The position numbers and the translations under genes are program-made. The notes under the pieces were generated by a model. That model was not told the DNA's origin, searched no databases, and saw nothing but the letters and a program-made list of their open reading frames with translations. This document shows, piece after piece, positions 59,593 to 64,000 of a stretch of DNA of 64,000 nucleotides. How positions within the stretch are numbered: position 1 is the first letter of the stretch; every line of letters begins with the position of its first letter. The DNA comes from Dehalococcoidia bacterium (GTDB lineage Bacteria; Chloroflexota; Dehalococcoidia; SpSt-223). The DNA is taken from assembly GCA_026003895.1 (NCBI GenBank), contig BPIC01000005.1:288941-352940 (forward strand), in the 5' to 3' direction.

Positions 59593-61014
59593 TCACGCCC
59601 GGGATCGCGGCAGGTCGAGCAGCGTGAAATAGTTGGTTCGGCCGCGCGGTCCAGACGGAGTACCGCCAACAACGATCACCGAATCGCCGGCGGTCGCGAG
59701 CCCGTCGATCAGCAATCGTTCCTGAAGCGCCGCGAGCGTCTCGTCCATCGTCGGCTTGAACGGCTGGTAGACGGCGGTGACGCCCCACCACAGCGCGAGG
59801 GAACGCCGCACCTCCTCACTCTCGGTGACGGCAATAATCGGGGTGTCCGGTCGGAAGCTGGAGAGCAGCCGTGCCGTGAAGCCGCTTCGAGTAAGCGCGA
59901 CAAGAGCCCGTGCGTGGATGCCGCTCGCCAACACGCAAGCCGCTTGAGCGATCGCTTCCGACCGCCCACCGTGCGGTTCAAGCCGGGTAGGGCGCGTGAG
60001 CTCAGCGGCTTCGGCGCTTGCCGCAATGCGGCTCATGGTCTCGACGGCGAGGACGGGGTATCGGCCAGTCGCAGTCTCAGCGGAAAGCATCACCGCGTCT
60101 GCCGAATCGAAGATCGCGTTCGCGACGTCCGAAACTTCGGCGCGGGTGGGCCGCTCGTGTTCAGTCATCGATTCGAGCATCTGGGTGGCGACAATGACCG
60201 GCCGGCGATGCTCTCGGGCTTGACGCGTGATGCGCTTCTGTATCGCGGGCACTTGCTCGAGCGGCACTTCGACTCCGAGGTCCCCGCGGGCGACCATGAC
60301 CCCGTCCGAGACGGACAAAATGCGATCGAGGTGATCCACCGCCTGCGGCTTTTCGATCTTCGCGATCACCGGTGTCTTGGCGCTGAGCGAGTTGATGAAC
60401 TGCTTCGCCTCACGCACGTCGTCGGGCCGCCGGACGAACGAAAGCGCCACGAAGTCGACCCCAATCGAGATGCCGTGCCGCAAGTCGTCTCGATCTTTCT
60501 GCGTCAGTGCCGGTGCGGAAACGGCCACACCGGGCAAATTGATACCCTGACGCTCGCGTAGCACGCCGCCGCTGACCACTTGGGCCCGCACCGAATCATG
60601 GTCGACGTCAAGTGCCACCAGGCGGATGGCGCCGTCGGAGAGCAAAATTCGATCGCCCGGGCGAACGTCGGCCGGCAAATTCAAATAATTCGTCGAGATG
60701 ATGTCTGGCGTGCCAAGCACCGGCCGGGTCGTGATGATGACTTCTTTTCCGGCAGGGAGCTCAATGGGTTTGCCGTCGACGTTTCTCCCGGTTCGGATCT
60801 TCGGGCCTTGCAAGTCAAGCAGGACCGCCACGTTTCGCCGCGCTCGCGCCGCCGCGTCTCGGACCGTTTTGGTCAGTCGTTCTCGTTCCGCCGGGGTGCT
60901 ATGGGAACAGTTCAACCGGACGACGTCGGTCCCGGCTTGTACGAGCTGTTCGATCGTCGTCGGATCGCTCGTCGCTGGTCCGAGCGTCGCGACGATCTTG
61001 GTGCGCCGCGCCAA
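59593..61014 (-). CDS. pyk: pyruvate kinase
   Basis: MARRTKIVATLGPAT, and MVARGDLGVE. Confidence 0.9.
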   Translation of the reverse strand: MARRTKIVATLGPATSDPTTIEQLVQAGTDVVRLNCSHSTPAERERLTKTVRDAAARARRNVAVLLDLQGPKIRTGRNVDGKPIELPAGKEVIITTRPVLGTPDIISTNYLNLPADVRPGDRILLSDGAIRLVALDVDHDSVRAQVVSGGVLRERQGINLPGVAVSAPALTQKDRDDLRHGISIGVDFVALSFVRRPDDVREAKQFINSLSAKTPVIAKIEKPQAVDHLDRILSVSDGVMVARGDLGVEVPLEQVPAIQKRITRQAREHRRPVIVATQMLESMTEHERPTRAEVSDVANAIFDSADAVMLSAETATGRYPVLAVETMSRIAASAEAAELTRPTRLEPHGGRSEAIAQAACVLASGIHARALVALTRSGFTARLLSSFRPDTPIIAVTESEEVRRSLALWWGVTAVYQPFKPTMDETLAALQERLLIDGLATAGDSVIVVGGTPSGPRGRTNYFTLLDLPRSRA

Positions 61015-61020
61015 GCGAGC

Positions 61021-62067
61021 CTACGAGGCCGCGCCGGCCGGGGCGCGGATTGCGCCGAGGTCGAGGTTCGCCGCGACTAGGTCAGCGAGAAGCGGCACGT
61101 TGGCCGGCACTGCGAACCGCGCGGTCGGGAACAGCTCTTCAATCTGTTCGAGAACCGCCAGCGTATCTTGCTTCACCATAATGATGGGCACGTCTTCTTC
61201 TTCAGCTCGCGCGAGCACGATCGGATTTGGAACGATGTTGCCCGCCAACACAAGGCAGCGCGTGTCAGTCTCGAGCGCGGCAAGGTGCATGTCCGGTCGG
61301 CTTCCGTGAGCGATCACGGCCTTTCGGCTCATGCGCCGAAAATAGTCGGACGCCTTTCCCAGCACGACCGTGCCGACCATGAAATTCTCGACAATCTCGC
61401 TAGCCCGGTCCGCGCTATTCATGATTTGGCCGCCCAAATGGTCGGCAAGCTGCTGGACCGTCACCGCCGCCAGCGTTTCCTCGAACGGCAGTGCGCCGAG
61501 GAAGGGCACTTCGCGCGCTTGGAAGAAGCTGCGCAACCGACGCACTGTAGCATCCCAGCGTCCGCGGGGCACCCCATTCACGACGACGCCGAGCAAGCGA
61601 TCTCCCACGACATTCCTCGCCGCCAACGCCTCGTCGACAATGGCTTCGCCCTCGTAGCGGGCGATCGCAATCACCTTGGCATCGAGTGCCTCGGCAAGCT
61701 CGGGTGCCGACAGTCCGCAAGCCAACCCCTCGCTCAGCGTGGAGCCGCCCTCGACGAACACAACATCCTTGGTCGCGCCGGCTCGGCGTGCCGCCTCGAT
61801 AACGGCAGTACGGTCGAATGGCTGGCCATCAAGAACACCGAGCAGCGCCGTACCGCCCAGCGAGGCCCCGGCCGCTGCGTCAGCTACCCCGAGCATGGTC
61901 CCCATAAAGCGGGCATCCGGCGAGGCCGCCGGCGGAATGTCGTTGGCCTCAAAGGCCTTGAAGTAGCCGGCGGTCCGGCCATCGCGCCTGACGAGTTCGA
62001 CAAGCGCTGCCGCAAGCGCGGTCTTGCCGGCGCCGGGGCGCGTTGAAACGATCACAATCGACTGCAA
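61021..62067 (-). CDS. DRTGG-domain protein with BioD/Pta-N-like nucleotide-binding N-terminal domain
   Basis: N-terminal P-loop-like VSTRPGAGKT, then a central CBS-less linker and a C-terminal DRTGG-like region. Annotated in databases as phosphotransacetylase family protein. Low specificity. Confidence 0.55.
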   Translation of the reverse strand: MQSIVIVSTRPGAGKTALAAALVELVRRDGRTAGYFKAFEANDIPPAASPDARFMGTMLGVADAAAGASLGGTALLGVLDGQPFDRTAVIEAARRAGATKDVVFVEGGSTLSEGLACGLSAPELAEALDAKVIAIARYEGEAIVDEALAARNVVGDRLLGVVVNGVPRGRWDATVRRLRSFFQAREVPFLGALPFEETLAAVTVQQLADHLGGQIMNSADRASEIVENFMVGTVVLGKASDYFRRMSRKAVIAHGSRPDMHLAALETDTRCLVLAGNIVPNPIVLARAEEEDVPIIMVKQDTLAVLEQIEELFPTARFAVPANVPLLADLVAANLDLGAIRAPAGAAS

Positions 62068-62180
62068 ATCCTGCCTCCGCGTCGGCCCTTCCCGCCCGGA
62101 CCGCCGCCTGCCGCGCCGAAACGCGGGTGTCCGCGTCGTTATCGATTATAGGCTGTATGGCGGGTTGCAAACCGCGCCGA

Positions 62181-63308
62181 TCAGCGGAGGCCTTGGCGGC
62201 GGAGGAACGGCGGGATATCGATGTCTTGTCCGCCGGCGTCGATTGTCGGCAGGCTCGGCAGCGTGCGCGGGCGATCCCCGGCTGGCTGTGGTTGCACGAT
62301 GGGACGCGCTTGCGGCTGAAACGCGGTCTGCTGTTGCTCGGCTTGGCGGGCCTGCAGCCGGGCGTCGAACCCAGTCGCAACCACGGTGATCCGCACGGTT
62401 TGATCGAGCGTCGGATCGAAAGTCATGCCGAAAATAATATTGGCGTCTGGATCGGCCGCCTTCCCGATGATCTCTGCCGCTTCGTCGACTTCGTACAGCG
62501 TCAGGTCCTCGCCGCCGGACACAACGAACAGGACTCCCTTCGCTCCATCGATGGACTGGTCGAGCAGAGGGCTGTTGATCGCCATACGGGCCGCGTCGGC
62601 GGCGCGGGTGTCGCCGTGCCCCTCGCCAATGCCCATCAACGCCGAGCCGGCGTCCTTCATGACCGAGCGAACGTCCGCGAAGTCGACGTTGATTTCGCCG
62701 GGGACCGTAATCAGCTCGGAGATGCCTTGAATGCCCTGACGCAGCACGTCGTCGGCAAACTTGAACGCATCGCGGGCGCGCGCCTTCTTGTCGAGTACCG
62801 CCTTCAACCGGTCGTTCGGGATGACGATGATGGTATCGACCTTCTCCTTGAGACGGAGGATGCCTTCCTCGGCGAACATTCGGCGCTTGTTGCCTTCCCA
62901 GCTAAACGGCCGGGTAACCACCGCCACGGTGAGCGCTCCGGCTTCGCGGGCGAGCTCCGCGACGACGGGAGCCGCGCCCGTGCCAGTGCCACCACCCATA
63001 CCGGCGGTGATGAACACCATATCGGCGCCATTCACCACCGAGAGGATCTCCTCGCGGCTCTCTTCAGCTGCTTTGCTGCCCTGTTCGGGGTTGCCGCCGC
63101 AGCCGAGGCCTTTCGTCAACCGATCACCAATGCGAACGCGGGTGGGCGCTTCCGAGCGGATGAGGGCTTGGGCATCGGTGTTGATCGCAATGAACTCAAC
63201 ACCCCGAATGCCTTCTTGAATCATGTGATCGACCGCGTTGCTTCCCGCGCCGCCAACGCCAATCACTTTTATGATGGCGACGTTCTCATTCTCGGCCGAG
63301 TCGTACAT
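62181..63308 (-). CDS. ftsZ: cell division protein FtsZ
   Basis: [10 protein letters not shown] and [16 protein letters not shown] tubulin signatures. ATG at 63308 has a GGAAGGAA RBS. The ORF extends to 63350. Confidence 0.95.
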   Translation of the reverse strand: MYDSAENENVAIIKVIGVGGAGSNAVDHMIQEGIRGVEFIAINTDAQALIRSEAPTRVRIGDRLTKGLGCGGNPEQGSKAAEESREEILSVVNGADMVFITAGMGGGTGTGAAPVVAELAREAGALTVAVVTRPFSWEGNKRRMFAEEGILRLKEKVDTIIVIPNDRLKAVLDKKARARDAFKFADDVLRQGIQGISELITVPGEINVDFADVRSVMKDAGSALMGIGEGHGDTRAADAARMAINSPLLDQSIDGAKGVLFVVSGGEDLTLYEVDEAAEIIGKAADPDANIIFGMTFDPTLDQTVRITVVATGFDARLQARQAEQQQTAFQPQARPIVQPQPAGDRPRTLPSLPTIDAGGQDIDIPPFLRRQGLR

Positions 63309-63445
63309 GGACCCGTTCCTTCCTTTCCGTTCCCACCCGCGCCCGGGCAATTGCTCCGTTCAGGGCGGCTCGGATTGTGACACAGCCTCTAGGACCGTGC
63401 AAGCAAGAAAGCTGGCAAGCCTCCGCTCGTCTGCCTGCTTTTGGT

Positions 63446-64000
63446 TTACGACGGCAGCATCTCTCGCGCCCAGCCGAACAAGCGACGGGCAAGATCGCTT
63501 CCGCTCGACTTTCGCTTCGTCGACTGTGTCGCCTTCGCGTCCAATTCGCTGGCGCGCAGGCCCCAGAGGAGGAGCCCGACGCTGGTCGCATAGGCCGGGT
63601 CCGACACGGTGTCGGTAAGCCCGCGCAGGCCGCGGGGCCGACCAACCCGCACCGGCATCCGATACGCTTCGCGGGCAAACGCGTCGATGCCGATCAGATT
63701 CGAGGTGCCGCCAGTCAAGACAATCCCAGCGGGTAGAAGCCCATCGTAGCCGGAGCGTTTCACGTCAGCGATGATCCTCTGCATGATGTCGTCCACGCGG
63801 GCTTCAACAATCTCACAGAGCTGACGGCGCGATTCTTGCCGTTTTCCCTCGTCGCCAAACGCCGGAATGTCGATCACGTCGCTCGCAGGCACGAGCCTCG
63901 GTTGCGCTTGGGCGTAACGCGCTTTGAGCTCTTCAGCAACCTGAAACGACGTCCGCAACGTGACCGCGATGTCGTTGGTAAGGTGCCAGCCGCCGACTGG
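63446..64000 (-). CDS. ftsA: cell division protein FtsA (3' part; gene continues beyond window end)
   Basis: The C-terminal actin-fold segment VLTGGTSNLIGIDAFAREAYRMPVRVGRP. Reading frame open to the window edge. Confidence 0.85.
   Translation of the reverse strand, partial: PVGGWHLTNDIAVTLRTSFQVAEELKARYAQAQPRLVPASDVIDIPAFGDEGKRQESRRQLCEIVEARVDDIMQRIIADVKRSGYDGLLPAGIVLTGGTSNLIGIDAFAREAYRMPVRVGRPRGLRGLTDTVSDPAYATSVGLLLWGLRASELDAKATQSTKRKSSGSDLARRLFGWAREMLPS

Noticed and set aside
61168-63380. Plus-strand ORFs 61168-62046 and 62043-63380 antisense to DRTGG gene and ftsZ
   Set aside because: ftsZ is unambiguous on the minus strand. These are high-GC open frames.
1-64000. Searched for CRISPR repeats, IS/transposase/integrase genes, rRNA and tRNA (including tRNA-Sec with UCA anticodon)
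   Set aside because: No direct-repeat arrays, no transposase- or integrase-like ORFs and no cloverleaf candidates were found by eye. A tRNA scan would be needed to be certain.

Overview
This is a high-GC (about 65-68%) bacterial chromosomal segment with tightly packed, partly translationally coupled genes. The gene content suggests a Chloroflexota or Thermomicrobia-like organism (F420/LLM-type oxidoreductase, many family-5 solute-binding proteins), but I cannot confirm this without a search. No rRNA, tRNA, CRISPR array, transposase or integrase was seen.

Genes in order:
- An alpha-2-macroglobulin homologue paired with pbpC. The A2M gene has two apparent frameshifts and seems to lack the thioester cysteine.
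- dcd, an MFS transporter, a family-5 SBP, a secreted metallophosphoesterase, and a class A PBP coupled to a SnoaL-like ORF.
- A VOC protein, an LLM flavin oxidoreductase and coaE.
- A CbbQ/NorQ-type MoxR AAA+ ATPase, a 1050-aa CbbO/NorD-like VWA protein, and a REC-HD-GYP response regulator, all translationally coupled from coaE onward.
- selA, ftsK, RNase J, a PHP phosphoesterase, a secreted mono-CXXCH protein, and an ABC-2 exporter.
- A thioredoxin-fold (Pyrococcus PDO-like) gene with an in-frame TGA exactly at the first Cys of the CxxC motif (U-P-H-C). This is a candidate selenoprotein that a standard ORF caller splits in two.
- Acylphosphatase, a minimal MMP-like Zn peptidase, a DUF1211/TMEM175-like membrane protein, a Thermus-type isocitrate dehydrogenase, and two Zn-dependent alcohol dehydrogenases.
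- A 13-kb minus-strand cluster with a duplicated SBP5 + N-extended SAM methyltransferase pair, a third methyltransferase, a HemY/CgoX-like FAD oxidase, DppBC-like permeases, another SBP5 and a frameshifted Gfo/Idh/MocA oxidoreductase.
- A CvpA-CAP fusion protein, pcrA/uvrD, pyk, a DRTGG/Pta-N-like protein, ftsZ and partial ftsA.

The most interesting item is the selenocysteine-recoded PDO-like thioredoxin-fold gene (35311-36045, UGA at 35767-35769) with selA 9 kb upstream. Next are the orphan QD-type chaperone pair fused in an operon with an HD-GYP response regulator, and the duplicated SBP-methyltransferase/HemY-like cluster. Three apparent frameshift events in 64 kb mean sequence quality should be checked before calling pseudogenes.
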